A stretch of DNA of 64,000 nt from the human T2T-CHM13v2.0 reference genome, Homo sapiens. The notes beneath the pieces are model-generated. The model was given only the letters and a program-made list of their open reading frames with translations. It was not told the origin of the DNA and made no database searches. Positions 13,034-26,140 of this stretch are shown here, in pieces (the first letter of the stretch is position 1; every line of letters begins with the position of its first letter). The translations under genes were made by a program, and so were the position numbers. The DNA is taken from NCBI RefSeq assembly GCF_009914755.1, contig NC_060946.1, one strand, 5' to 3'.

Positions 13034-15399
13034 AGCTTGGCCTGCAGGTTCCCATACTCACGCAGCAAGTCAAGTGATCTGAGTTATATGAACCATCTAC
13101 ACGCCCAAAATGTGGGTTCAGGGTACCCCAGTGCGTTTCCTCCTGCTGGTCCCTGCATGCTCTGAGCTGTGGGCTGGCTTGGGGTTGGAGCCTTACCCAC
13201 TCTGCCCCACATCCTTGTGTGAGGAAGGGCCTGTGGTCACAGGCATCAGTGAGCCTGGAGATCTGTCACTGCGCGGGCCTCCTCCCTCCCCAGACCAGCT
13301 GCTGGGTGCCAAGGTGGAGCTGGCAGGTACAGGAGCCGCGGCTGCCTGGATAAAAGGCGTCTCAGCAAACTGGGGTCAGGATGGGGGTGGGGCAGTGCTG
13401 AGTCATAGCCCCGCTTGGGGCATGCCAGGCAGCTCAGCCTCCACAGGGGACTCCAGGACAGGGTGAGTGGCAGGTAGGCGCAGGCAGCCCTGGGGTCAGC
13501 TCCGGTAGGGTGGAAAGGACTTGTTGGTCTGAAATGGGTTCCATGACTCCTGTTGCCACCCCAAGCCTGGGACAGTGGACACCACTGGTCCCCACATTGA
13601 GGCTAGAGAGTCCTGCAGGTTCAGGGTGTGTGGTAGGTATCTGGGGAGGGCTGGGAGCCCATCGGGCATTAGGGGTGTGGCCTTGCTCTCCCTTGCTGGC
13701 CCTGTGGCCTGGGCTGCCTGCCACCTCTTGGGGTCCTAGCTTCTGTTACCAGCAAAGGTGGCCATCTGAGTGGCTTCTATTGGGCCTCAGGCATGACTGC
13801 CTGTGCCTCTCCCCCAGTCACAGTCTGGGTACAGTTCCGTCTCCTCAACAAGCCTAAACTATCTCCCTGGGGGCAGGGTCTGTGTGTTGAACCATCACTT
13901 CGTCTTGGCTCACTCTTTCCGTCGCCCAAGCTCAGCATGGGGCAGGCTTTCCTGGGAGGTGAGGAGGGAGGGAGGCAGGTAGCTAGGGACCTGGAGAGTG
14001 AGGGGCTGGACTGCCGTCTCTGAGGAAGTCAGGCACAGTGATGAGGGAGCTGGTCTATAAGCTGATAAGTCTTCCCGCCCCTGGCTTAGCCGGCTTGGGC
14101 AGTGAGACCTTCGGTGACCTTGGCTGTGGGCTGTCTTCTTCTGCCTCAGCCGGGGGCACTGACTCTGTGCTGTGCTGGCTGTTGTGGAGGAGGCCTTGAG
14201 CAAAGCTTTGGGGACAGCCTGGAGGTTACGGGCAGGGCAGGCTGGCTCCCATGGCCTGGTGTGGTCCTGGCGAGCTCAGGCTATGGTGGGTGTGACCATG
14301 GGTATTATGTTGCCCCAGCTCTATGCCTAGCAGCAGGCTGAGCCTCCAGGGATTGTGCCTGGGGAGGGAAGTGGTTCCTAGAGTGGAGGGCATCCAGGAT
14401 GCAAAGGTCCCAAGAGAGGTGGCAGCACTTTCCCTCCATGACCATGTACCCATCCTGACTCAGGGCTATCACTCAACATCTGTTACAGGAACAGACTTGA
14501 GAGGGCCACGTCTGGAAGGAGGGTGATGAGGGCAGGCCGGGCCTGCTGGACGGTGGGTGAGAAGGGAGGGTCTTGAGGGGGATGTCCATGTGTGGGCTGA
14601 AGGATCTGTCCCGAAACCACAGGAAGCAAGCGGCCCTCAGCAGAGGGTTCCTGAGTGGGCTCAGGGCTTGGAGATCGTGCCTTAGGAATCTTTGGGTAGG
14701 TGAGTCAAGGACCAGGATGGAGCTCCTTAAGAGCCTACAGCCAAGAGATGCTAGTTTCCTGAGGCTGCTGGGGAGGAGGCAGGCAGGTGCAGACTCTGGC
14801 CTGAGCACAGCCCACTAGGGCTTCTTGGCCTCTGGCTGCCAGCATGTCGAACCTGGTGCCTGGCCCTATGTCGCACTAAGTCCTAAGCGACCTCCTGGTG
14901 AATTTGCCACACCCTTCACGCTGCAAACACTACACATCTGCTGGGGGCGGGGGCCAGGGACTGGATACTAGCTGGTGTTCACTGATACAGTCCACTCATC
15001 TGTACTGAGCCCTGGCCATAAGCACAGCAGGGTCCTGTACCACAGGGACAGCTGACAGTCCCCCTTTCCCAGTACCTGCCACTTTCTCCTAATATGTCCC
15101 CTCTCCAAGAGCAGCCCCTGCTTCAGCCTACTGGCTGGTCCCTGGAGTTCCCTGATCGTCTCCCTGTTCCCACCCAGCCGCCACTCCATCACCAGGCACT
15201 GTGCACCGTACAGCTCACACATCTTGCAGAGCCTCACTGCATCCACTTCCCCCAGCCCTCACCTGTGTTGCTCCCCTTTTATCACCTGGATGTTTGCATC
15301 CAGGAGCCTCCTCTGGTCTGGCTTCAGCGCAGCAGCCAGAGGGATGCTGGTCACACAGGGCAGGTCATGGCACTTCTCACCCAAACCCTGGCTGGCTCC

Positions 15400-15800
15400 T
15401 GACTCGCCCTTAAGTGACCTCCTACCCTCTTGGCACCAGCCACATGGCCTCCTTCCTGCCCCTCAGACTGGTCAGGCATGCTCCCACTTCAGGGCCTTTG
15501 TGCCGGTGGTTCCCTCATCCCTGATGCCTGCTTGCCTCCCTCCTTCACCACCTGTTCATACTCATCTCTTACCAGGAGGCCAGCCCCACCCACCTTTGCT
15601 GACTTGCAGCCCGCATGTGCCACCCCCAACCCTGCCCACCTGGAGCTCCATTTCCACTGTAGCACTGGGCACCTTCTGCCACTTGCTGCTTATTTACTGC
15701 CTGTAGTCTGACTCCTGCCCTCCCACCTGAGCAAAAATAGGGAATAGATCTTCATCTGCCTCATTCAGCAGCCCCAGCCCAAGTGCCAGAATCAAAGCCA
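15400..15800. mobile_element. Degenerate L2 fragment
   Basis: cagccacatggcctccttcctg...tcccacttcagggcctttg L2-like wording. Boundaries approximate. Confidence 0.45.
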
Positions 15801-15929
15801 TGGTTTAGCAAGTAAGTGTGGGATGCTGGAGAGCCCCTGACCCATCTCCCTTCTGCCCCAGTCGCCTCAGCCTAGCTCCACACCACAGCTGGTTCCTCCT
15901 CTCCAGGGCATCTCTGCTCCCAGGATGCC

Positions 15930-16630
15930 ACATGCAACCACATGCAGATGCCCACATGCACCAGTACACATGCAGCTGCACACACGCACAACCACATGCA
16001 GACAGAGGCATGGACCTGTGCATGCACACCCAAAGATGTGTACATGGACCTGCTCACAGACATGTACATGGATCTGCGCGTGCACATGAACAGACACATG
16101 CACACACTGGCATACAAGCAACCAGACACAGACACATCCATGCACCTGCACTCTCACAGACACAAACAGGGACCTATGCATACACGCACACATACCGCAA
16201 TGGACCTGCATACACATAGGCACCTATGCATACACGCACACATACCACAATGGACCTGCATACACACAGGCACCTATGCATACATGCACACGCACCACAA
16301 TGGATTTGCACACACACAGGGTCCTATGCATACACACACACACCGCAATGGACCTGCACACACACAGGGACCTATGCATACATGCACACACACCGCAATA
16401 GACCTACACACACACAGGGAGCTATGCATACATGCACACGCACCGCAGTGGATTTGCACACACACAGGCACCTATGCATACACGCATATGCACCGCAATG
16501 GACCTGCATACACACTGGCACCTATGCATACATGCACACACACCACAGTGGACCTGCATACACACACACGCACCGCAATGGACCTGCACACAGGCACCAC
16601 ATACTGCCACAAACATGCAGGTACACACAT
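15930..16630. repeat. CA-rich minisatellite, core about 8 copies of a 48-50 bp unit (16171 to about 16590)
   Basis: Unit cacctatgcatacacgcacacataccacaatggacctgcatacacacagg starts at 16171, 16221, 16271, 16321 and onward; degenerate CA/TG flanks. Confidence 0.92.
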
Positions 16631-19600
16631 GGCTTAAAACCTTTCAGTGGCGTCCTGTTTCTCTTCAGTGAAGACCAAGGGCTCAGTTGGACTTCTGGTG
16701 AGCCCTGCCCCTTCCTCTTGCCTGGTACCTCTCTCCTCCTCTCCCTCAGTCCAGCCACTCTGACCTTCCTTCAGTTCCCCTTTGTGTTAGGGATGGTTTG
16801 TCCCTTTCATCCCTAACACACATCCCCACACACCGCAGGGCCTTACAGCATGTTCCTCCTCTGCCTGGCACACTCTTTTCCTGGCCCATTCCTCTGGTAT
16901 TTCTAGCCATGCCCAGAGGCACTGTGGTGGGGGGTCCTGGGTGTTGAGCTCTAGTGATCCATCAGTGGTTTCTGGGCCAGGGAACAATGTGGTCATCAAC
17001 TCTTGGCCTTTGTCTCTTGGCCAACCATCATCAGGTTCCATCCTGGGACTTGGGGAGTCCTAGCATGTCCAGTAAAGCCCGGGTTAGACTCAGAGAGAGG
17101 GCTGGCTAGAGCCTTGTGTAAGAGCCAAGAAGTCAAGCCTCAGAATAGGTGGGACTGTCATAAGGTCCCATTTGAACCACAGCCAGGCTCCCAACGCAAG
17201 GCTTCCTTACATCCGTGCACAGCCCTGTCCCATGCGTGGTGCCCCTGCACAGGGCGCTCATACCCCCAAACACAACAGAGCCCCACAGAGCCGCAGGGAG
17301 AATTCTGGGTGGGGCCTTCTGCTTGTTTGGTTCAGGTGATCTGAAAGACGAGGGTCCTCAAGCAGGGGACCTCCCCTTGGTTGTGACTGTTCGTCACTGC
17401 CCCATGCAGGTGACAGACTTGGCCCTGATGCATGTGATTGCTACCTGGCCTCAGTTTCCCCTTTCCTTGCACATTGCCCTGTCGTTGCCGGCGCACACTG
17501 ATCGAAGACTGCATGAGCAGCCCTTAGCTCCAGGCTTCCAGACAACAGCAGTTCAGGGCCCAGGCTGCCAGCCCAGTGTCCCCAACCTGCTCTCCTGATT
17601 CCCCAGCCTTGGAGCCAGGGAGCACATACATCCCAAAGCACAAATCACACATCCTTGGACAGAGCAGCTTCTCTGCCCACCACTGGGGACAGAAGGGGCG
17701 CCTGGCTGTACCTCAGATTTTCAAACGTGGAATTGAGAAGAACAGTCATGACAACAGAGGACACCTCCCACTGGGTTGGACACTGCCTTCTGAAAGGAGC
17801 ATGTTGGCTTCCTGCTGGAATGATGGTGCTGGTAGGGAGAACCCTGGGTCCCCAGGCAGTGGGCTGAGGGCTTTGGACACCTTTCCACACCTAAGGGGCT
17901 GTCAGGTCGTCAGCAGGGACAAGGGAGCAGCCACAGGGTCTCCATCCTCCATGCGCTCATGGTTCGTGTGCATATTACACATATCATGTACATGTCATCT
18001 TTAAGCAGATGTTCTGCCCACTGTGTGCTGGAGTGGGAGGGTCATCTCAAGGCTTCCATTCTCAGATGTAATTTTCAGCCTCACTGGGATTGGGCTGAGT
18101 GACTGTTTAATCACTGCCCTCTTGGCAGAGATGTTTCTAGGGCGTTCCCTGGTGCACTTCTCATCGGTGGCTGCCTGGTGAAGCGGGAAAGTTCCTCAGC
18201 CTCTCCATTGATTCCTTCCCTCCCTCCCTCCTTCCACCAACCAGTGCTTACTGAACACCCACTGTGCACTGGGCACTGCTCTGTTCCCAGTGGGGAACGA
18301 GGCCAGGACGGGCCCTCCTCACCCGCACTCTGGCTGGGGGTAGGGGCGACGGCAGCACACAAGGTCATGTAGGTCACACATTAGCTGAGGGCTGCTATGG
18401 AGGAGGAGGACAGAGGGCAAGGTGACGCTCACAGCGACAAGCACAGCAGGGCAGTGACTGCTACTGGCTGTCACTCTCTGAGGACCAGGCTTGTGCTGGA
18501 CGCTTTACTCTTCACAGATACCTGTGGCCAGTGAGGGACAGGCTCTGAGATGGGAGTAAGTCGCCAGAGGCCACACAACCTGGGAGAGGCAAGCAAGGCA
18601 TGAAGGATGAGACCACCCTGAGAGTGGTGGGGGTAATATCAGGGTCTGACCAAGGGAAAGAGGCGGCATTAGAGCCTCTGGCTGTCAGAGGCTGGCAGGG
18701 CTAGGGAGCAGGTGTGAGAGGCCACCACCACTGCCAGGAGAGACCAGAACCTCTGCCCAGGGAGAGGACAGCCCACCAGGGGCCTGCTTCAAAGCAGGAT
18801 CGCCAGGACTAGTGGTCAAGGTCTGTGAGGGGCAAGGGACAGTGAGGGGCACGGATGGCTGCTGGGAGGATGAAGTGCCATTTGCTGAGGGTTTAGCAGG
18901 TTGAGTTTCAGATGCTGGTCACACCCAGGAGTTGAGGGTGGGGCCTTGGCTGTTGGGGTCTCTCTGCCTCGGGCCTTCCCACCCCAGGGCCTGTCACAGA
19001 GTTGATGGGTGGTATTAAAGGGGCGAATGCTGCCTGTGGCAGGATGGGGAGGCTGCGTGGGTCTCCGGACAGGGACATAGGTCAGGGAAGGAGCAAGAGG
19101 GGTGCGTGTGAGTTGGGTGGGGCCTGGTGCCACCCTGGGCTCACAGCCGGGGAAGAAGCCTGAGCTTTGAGCTGCCCCTCGTGTGGGGAGGCCTGGCCTA
19201 AGCACCCGGCAAAGTCACAGGGGCATCCTAGGGTGTGCCCCTCCCTGCTGGCAGGAAAGGTGGATGGGGAGGCCCTGACTCGCGGGGTTGGTGAAAGATT
19301 CTGCCTGAGGCCTCTAGGCCACCCTGCCTTGCCCTGGCCTCGGTGATTACTACTACCCTTGGGAGCCACTGTGACATCTGGTCTCCCAGGTGGATTTCCC
19401 CGCAGCACCACGTGCAGCCCCCAGCTCCTTGGTCTCAGCCCAAGCCCCCCTCTACCTCCTTCTGCAGGAGTGAGGCAGCCCCTGCCCACTGTGCTTAGGC
19501 ACCTCACGGTGCTCCCACAGCCTGAAGCCTCCACCTTGCTCTGGTCCCTGCCTATCTGCTGGCTCCTGGGCTGGCCCATCAGAGTGCCCTCAAGGGAAAG

Positions 19601-20118
19601 CAGGGGCCAGGTCTCCCTCCTGGTGCTTTTCCTCCCTGTGATCAGAAGTGACCCAGCTCCTGCGGGGGTAATGAGAGTCAGGGAGGCGCTCAGTTATCCC
19701 AGGGCTGGGCCGAGGCCTGGCCACCCGTGTAAAACAGGGCAAGGCTGAGCTCTATCAGTGCTGTCTGGGAGAAGGGCCCCAGGGGGCATCACAACAGGGT
19801 GACCTTATTGAATCCTAACTGGATGCGGTAGAAGTGAGTCCAGCATGGGGGCTGGGTGGGCAGAGGCCTCGCACACACCCTCCTCTCCCTCATGCACCTG
19901 GCTTCAGGTGGACTGTCCAGGCAACAGCAGACATATGTGTTACACCATGGTGTGGGCCCTACAGCGCCCCATGGAGGAGAGGGGGTTGGATGGATTGTTG
20001 CCGGCTCATTTTCCAAGGCCAGTCTCTGCTGCTTTGCTTTCAGAAGAGCTCCCTTTCACTGTCCAGCCTGAGGTGGGGCTGCGGGGAGGAGGCTCACGCT
20101 TTTCTCTGTGTTTGGCAG

Positions 20119-20567
20119 GTGAAGGGCTGGATGCACAGTGGGAGCCGGAGGCGGGGGGCTGCAGGGAGCACACCAGCGACCGGCCCTCCAACCCTCCAGC
20201 CACTCAGCAACATCGCCACAGCAACCAGCAACCAGACGGCAGCAGCCGAGGCAAACACAAGCGGACGGCTTCCCACCGTCGCCGAGGACAGGGAATGACT
20301 ACGGCAAATCAGGCCACTTTGCCAACTAGGGAGGTGGAGTGTCACTAGTGGGGAGGGGCGGCCACCGCCCGCTGCACAGAGCGCCATGCCGGCTGGAGAA
20401 GAGGCGCTGGGGCAGGGGCTGCAGTGTGGCTCGGCCTCACCCCCCTGCTGGCACTGAGTGCCTCCAGGGCAGCTGGGCTCTTGTCTGCCTGGTCTCAGTG
20501 TCCCCTGTGGCAAGAGGGAGAGGTGCCCCATCCCGTGCTCCTTGTCTGGGCCCGCTGCTGCCAGACC
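20119..20567 (+). other. GNAZ: GNAZ 5'UTR part of the first coding exon (449 nt) with three upstream ATGs
   Basis: Strong acceptor ctcacgcttttctctgtgtttggcAG ending at 20118. Upstream ATGs at 20131, 20295 and 20386. Confidence 0.85.
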
Positions 20568-21290
20568 ATGGGATGTCGGCAAAGCTCAGAGGAAAAAGAA
20601 GCAGCCCGGCGGTCCCGGAGAATTGACCGCCACCTGCGCTCAGAGAGCCAGCGGCAACGCCGCGAAATCAAGCTGCTCCTGCTGGGCACCAGCAACTCAG
20701 GCAAGAGCACCATCGTCAAACAGATGAAGATCATCCACAGCGGCGGCTTCAACCTGGAGGCCTGCAAGGAGTACAAGCCCCTCATCATCTACAATGCCAT
20801 CGACTCGCTGACCCGCATCATCCGGGCCCTGGCCGCCCTCAGGATCGACTTCCACAACCCCGACCGCGCCTACGACGCTGTGCAGCTCTTTGCGCTGACG
20901 GGCCCCGCTGAGAGCAAGGGCGAGATCACACCCGAGCTGCTGGGTGTCATGCGACGGCTCTGGGCCGACCCAGGGGCACAGGCCTGCTTCAGCCGCTCCA
21001 GCGAGTACCACCTGGAGGACAACGCGGCCTACTACCTGAACGACCTGGAGCGCATCGCCGCAGCTGACTATATCCCCACTGTCGAGGACATCCTGCGCTC
21101 CCGGGACATGACCACGGGCATTGTGGAGAACAAGTTCACCTTCAAGGAGCTCACCTTCAAGATGGTGGACGTGGGGGGGCAGAGGTCAGAGCGCAAAAAG
21201 TGGATCCACTGCTTCGAGGGCGTCACAGCCATCATCTTCTGTGTGGAGCTCAGCGGCTACGACCTGAAACTCTACGAGGATAACCAGACA
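20140..21290. promoter_or_regulatory. Intragenic CpG-rich region over the GNAZ first coding exon
   Basis: CpG density is visibly much higher than in the flanking CpG-depleted intron; not computed. Confidence 0.6.
20568..21290 (+). CDS. GNAZ: G protein alpha-z subunit, first coding exon (codons 1-241)
   Basis: ATG in ccagaccATGg context at 20568. Translation [23 protein letters not shown]... contains the Gz-specific P-loop GTSNSGKS, the switch I arginine motif ([10 protein letters not shown]) and DVGGQ. Ends YEDNQT followed by the donor GTAAGT at 21291; 723 nt, phase 0. Confidence 0.99.
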
Positions 21291-24200
21291 GTAAGTGGGG
21301 CCGGGGGTTTTCCTCTGCTTGTTCCTGCTGTCGTGGGTTCCTGGAAGCAAGAGGACTCGTGAGGTCCAGGACAGTCTGCAGCCAGAAAGGGAACCAGGCG
21401 CAGGCCTGGCCCTGCTGCACGATAACTGAGGCAGCTCCAGCAAGGTGGGGGCAGAGGGAACAGGGTGTGGAGTGCAGGTGTCATGTCCCATGCCTGAAGT
21501 ACTCAGGGTGTGGAGGCCACAGGGCAAGAGAGTGTGAGGCTCCGCCGGGCATCCATGATCAATCCATGTGATAGTTTGGCAAATCCATGAAGCTCCTGCC
21601 AGCACCAGTCTCCTACCAGCATATAGGTCCAGGAACAGCAGCCACCCCTGCAACCCCATCTTGAGTCTGCAAATCTGGCAGAGATGGGGTTAAGAGCTGT
21701 TTAGAAGGGATAATCCCAGGTCCTGGTGGAAAGGGGACGACGTAAAAGCAGGTGTTGGGATTCTTTCACAGTGGCATGGGCGCAGCCCGAGGGAGACCTG
21801 GACCCAGTGTGAAGCGGTGGGGGCTTGAGAGTGGAGTTGCTGGAGAGGGTGGGGAGCCGGGTGAAGCAGCAGGGCAGTGTGCTGAGGCCCAGCCAGGACA
21901 GAAGGTCTAGCACACGAAGGGGGCCACAGCCAGGAGTGGCAGCGGTGGAGGCCGTGGCAGGCAAGGGAGGGGCTGTCTTGCCCAGCAGGATTCCCTGAGC
22001 ACAGATTTCAAGTCTGCCCTTAAGAGAGAGGCCTTTGACCCTGGGGATGGGGGAGTGGGGGCAAACAAGGAGTCACGAAGTTGTGGGTACCCTGGGGCTA
22101 GGGGAGGGTGATGCTGGGAGACAAGGGCTCAGCCTCTCCACTTGGGAGCACTGGCCTCCGAGGTCACTCCTTGCTTCACCCAGTCCTAAGGCAAGCTTTA
22201 TTCTTTAGGTTCAGCGGAGAGCAACAATGGTTCTAGCTTTGGACCTGTGCCCCAGCCAGGGAACCTGGACAGCTCTAGGCAGTGGCCATGGTGCTAGGAG
22301 CCTGAGTGTTCTGAGAGAGAGGATCTTTGGCTTTCCTCAGGCAGCTGGGGAGGCGGGCTTGCCTCCCTCCCCTCCTCGCATCAGGGGTCTCCCTGGAACT
22401 GTGCCTAGGTGTTGATGGTGTGCCTGGGGGAAACGAATGACGGACGGGCAGGCAGGTGTGTACGCAGGCGGCTGCGTCCACCCTGTTCCCAGTGTGTATC
22501 TGTGTGCTCTCCAGGGTTCTGGCCCCTTACCCTGTGGTTGCCACAAGTTCAGCCCCATGTGTGGTTCTGGGCAGAGGGGACATCTCAGCAGATGAGTGAG
22601 GTCAGGCTCCCTTGATGAGGCATGGCCGTGGGCAGAGCGCTTGGGGCTGAGAAGCTGCAAGGCAAAGTGAGGTGCTCAGGCCAGACCCTTGGGACAGTGC
22701 CATGGTGGGTCTGCCAGTCACACGGGCTTGCGCCACTGGCCTCACCCATCACCACAGTGGCAGGCGTGGCAAATTCCCCGGGCACCAGGCCTGGCTCCCA
22801 GTTGCATCCTTTGACAGGCCGTGCCCACAGGTGTGCTGGACACAGGAGGCAGGATACCTGGGTCCTGAGTCAGTCCAGTTTTTCATGGAGGGCTTTGGCT
22901 GTCATGTTTGCTTTCTGAACTTGTCAGTGAGGAGATGACCCAGGTGTCTTCACAGATGGGCCCAAGGCTAGGCCTTTGCCTGCCTGCAGCCCTCTTGGCT
23001 CTTACTGGCCTGTGCCTGCCACCTTGCTGCCTCTCTCTCCTCTCCTTCTGCTCTAGCCGTGGTCAGCTTGTTTTGCTCCAGCAGTACTGCTCTGTCCAGC
23101 CTTAAGCTTGTAATGATCCTGATCCCTGCCTCTCGTACCCCTGCCCTTATCCTCCAGGTCTCATCCCAAGTGGCGCCTCCTGGGAGGCCTTTTCTGACCT
23201 AGCCCGGCACGTGCTTACTCCTCCATCTAGTGATGTGTGAGTGAGCTCCTCGGGGCAGGCCCTAGATGGGCTGGGTGGCCCCTGTGGGGCCTCACATCTC
23301 TAGCTTTCCCTCTCCCAGGCCTGTCCCTGGGGAGAGCCATGGTGGGCAGCCATGGGCAGGGACAGCAGCCACTGGCCTGGTCTCAGGGATCCCTGTGAGG
23401 TTCCAGGCATTCAAGGCACTTTCTAAAGGGAGGGGCTGGCAGCCAGGCTGGCACACCCACCACCATCACCCTGGTTTCTGCAGGCCTGGGGAAGTGGTTG
23501 TTCACCAGAAAAGGAAATTCTTGATGAGAAACCCAAGCGAGGCTGGAAATTCACTGGATTCCAAATGATTCTGACCTTTCATGCTCTACCAGTAATATCT
23601 GGAGATGGAAAACAAACAGGCTGCAGAGGAAAGACAATCCCCTCCCGCGATTCCTCCCGCAGGCTGGGCTGGCCCCGGAGGTGAGCTGGCCCCCAGAGTG
23701 GTGCCGGCAGTGAGGACAGCCCGTCTCCAGCCGGGCCAGGGCCAGAGCCAGTGCTGGCACGGGCTGGCACAGGGCTGCCACTCTGCTCTCTCCTTTTGGA
23801 ACGTGCTGAACTGTCCTCCCTGGGCCCTGTCAAAGGCAAGGCAGCCAAGAACAGGCCATGCTCGTTTTCACAAAAGCCGAATGAACCTTGGGGCCCAGTG
23901 CCAGGGCTCTGGACACGGCTCCTCCATAGCCCTCCTTCCGTGCTCAGCTTCCAAGGCCTCATCTTCCCTGATGCTGGCAGTGCCTCCCCACCCCCACGCC
24001 TGGCGAAGGAGCCACAGCCCCCCGGCCCACCCGCTGGCTTCTGCGTCAGCACGTTGCCAAGGAGAACGTCAGTGTCTCTGGGCTCCCGGGTGTGAGGGCT
24101 GCAGTGAGTGCAGGGCAGCACCTCAGAGCAGGGAAGGCAGATTTCCGGGTGTCTGTGGAGCATGGCAGCGAGCCACATGGGGAGCCACGCCCCTCCATGG

Positions 24201-26019
24201 CCACGGTTCCCACCCTCGTCCGAAGGAATTGGCAGTCCCTTGCCCTGACTAGGGCCAAGTCCTGCAGGTGTGTCAGGCACCCCAGTGCCCCCAAGCCCAA
24301 CACCCAGCTGGGGCTTCCTCAGGCAGCACAGGAGGCCTGAACACAGCCCAGCAACACAAGGGGGTTTTTCTGGCGCACCTGTCCCCTGAATGATCCTGTG
24401 GGGCAGCAGCGCCTGTTATTTTTGTCACAGATCGAGGCACTGAGGCTCAGGCACACAGCTGGCGCTGGCGGGCCCCCAGCCCTCAAGTCCACAAGGACAG
24501 CTCCTGAGAGGCCATGTGTCACAGGACCCACCACGGGCCTCCCACTTAGCCAGAGCCATGGCAGAGGCTCTGCCCCTCGTCTTTAGTACATTCACACAAG
24601 GGTCAGTCAGCAAAGACAGTCACTCTGCTGCCCTAGGAGGGAAAGGCAAAGTGGAGAAGCTGGCACCTACCAGCCCACACTGAGGGACAGACACAGGTGG
24701 CTGTGACCAGCAGAGCCTGGGTCTTCACTCGGCCCCACTGGAGGCACCTGAGGGGGTAGGTGGGCACTTGTTGCCCAACCTCTGCCCTTGCGGATCAGCT
24801 AATGGACTCTGCTGGCCACCAAATGGTGTGGGATCCTTCAGAAGGCAAGATTAAAAGGTCTAGTTGTAAAGCATCAAATGTTCTCATGTGGAAACCCACA
24901 GGGAGCTCACTGCCCATTTCCCGACGGAGCTGTCAGCATTCCCAGCCCTGTGGCGGGTCTGTTTTGCACCTGTGATGGACCTGCTGTGCAGGCTCAAGGC
25001 TCAGGCTGGGGCCAAGTATGAGGGTGAGCACAACTCTCCCAGCAGCACAGGGAACTGGGGGACAAGGAGGAGGCAGTCACACCAGCCCAGCTACAGCTTC
25101 ATTTCCACAAAGCCTCTGCTACCAGGGATACCTGCCCTGTCTTTCTAGAGCTGGCAGGCAGCAGTTCCCAGCAGTGTCCCCATTGTGCTTTCATCTAGGA
25201 CCCACAGTAGTCACTTGGGCCCCACAGGCAGGCTGGGTCACAGCAGGGTTCACCGTGGGAGGCCTGGTGTCTCTGCCACTTATCTGAGAGACAGCTGGTC
25301 AACATGTTATCAGTGAGGGTATCCAGGGGACGGGGGACATAAGAACATGCCTTTTGTGGGGCAAGTTCTGCAGGTGGCAAGTGCTTGAGCAGCCAGCCTC
25401 CAGGCAGGTGGTCTATGCCTGGCCCTGGATAGTGGTCCCTTGTCCTGGGGCCATTGGCTTCCTGAGGAACCCCTCCCCACTCCAGGGCAGGTCAGCAGCC
25501 TCAGCACACCACGAGGGCAGGTCCACACCCACCCGGCACAGCCTGTGCTCTGAGCAGAGGGCCTGGCACACAGTGGGTGCTCTGCAGACTTTGTGGAGCG
25601 GGCGGGAGGCGGTAGGCTTGGGAAGAGCTGGAGCTCCAGAGCCCTGGCTTCTGGGTGCAGAGCAGCTGGGACACTCAGCCCTTCCCAAGGAGACCCTATG
25701 GGTGCTGGTCCATAACAGGAGTGTATGCAGTACCCTGAGGAGGGGCTGCCCAAGGCCGTCCTGTGAACACAGCGTGTTCCTGCCACCCTAGCGCTGTGGT
25801 TTATCATTTAGCCCAAAAAGGGTGCTTGTTTTAGTGCTTTTAAAATGGAGTTTAAACATTTGTGCCATAAAATGGCGTGTTGTGGGTGAAACAAGGTGTT
25901 TCCAGTAAGACAGGCTTATACCTATTGATGACAGAGCTGGTTATATTTGCCCAAGGAGGGAATTACAAATGGGCAATAGCCAGACACAGATGATACCCTC
26001 TCCCCAGCATACCAGGGCT

Positions 26020-26140
26020 TAGATTGAGAAGGGACCTTATATATCCTTTAGTGTTCCTAACCAGCCGGCTTTGCAGATGAGGAAACTGAGCCTCAGAGAG
26101 GTTCCTTCACATACCGCAGGGCTGAGACTCTGGCTCTCAG
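26020..26140 (+). mobile_element. MIR fragment
   Basis: MIR core gcagatgaggaaactgagcctcagagagg. Confidence 0.65.

Noticed and set aside
16171-16590. Regularly spaced repeats resembling a CRISPR array
   Set aside because: Units are contiguous with no unique spacers, there are no cas genes, and the DNA is human.
15818-16816. His/Thr-rich and Cys/Val-rich ORFs
   Set aside because: Translations of the CA-rich minisatellite.
20424-21362. 312-aa ORF as a complete protein
   Set aside because: The GTG start and the tail after YEDNQT are UTR and intron read-through. The true exon is bounded by ATG 20568 and the GTAAGT donor.
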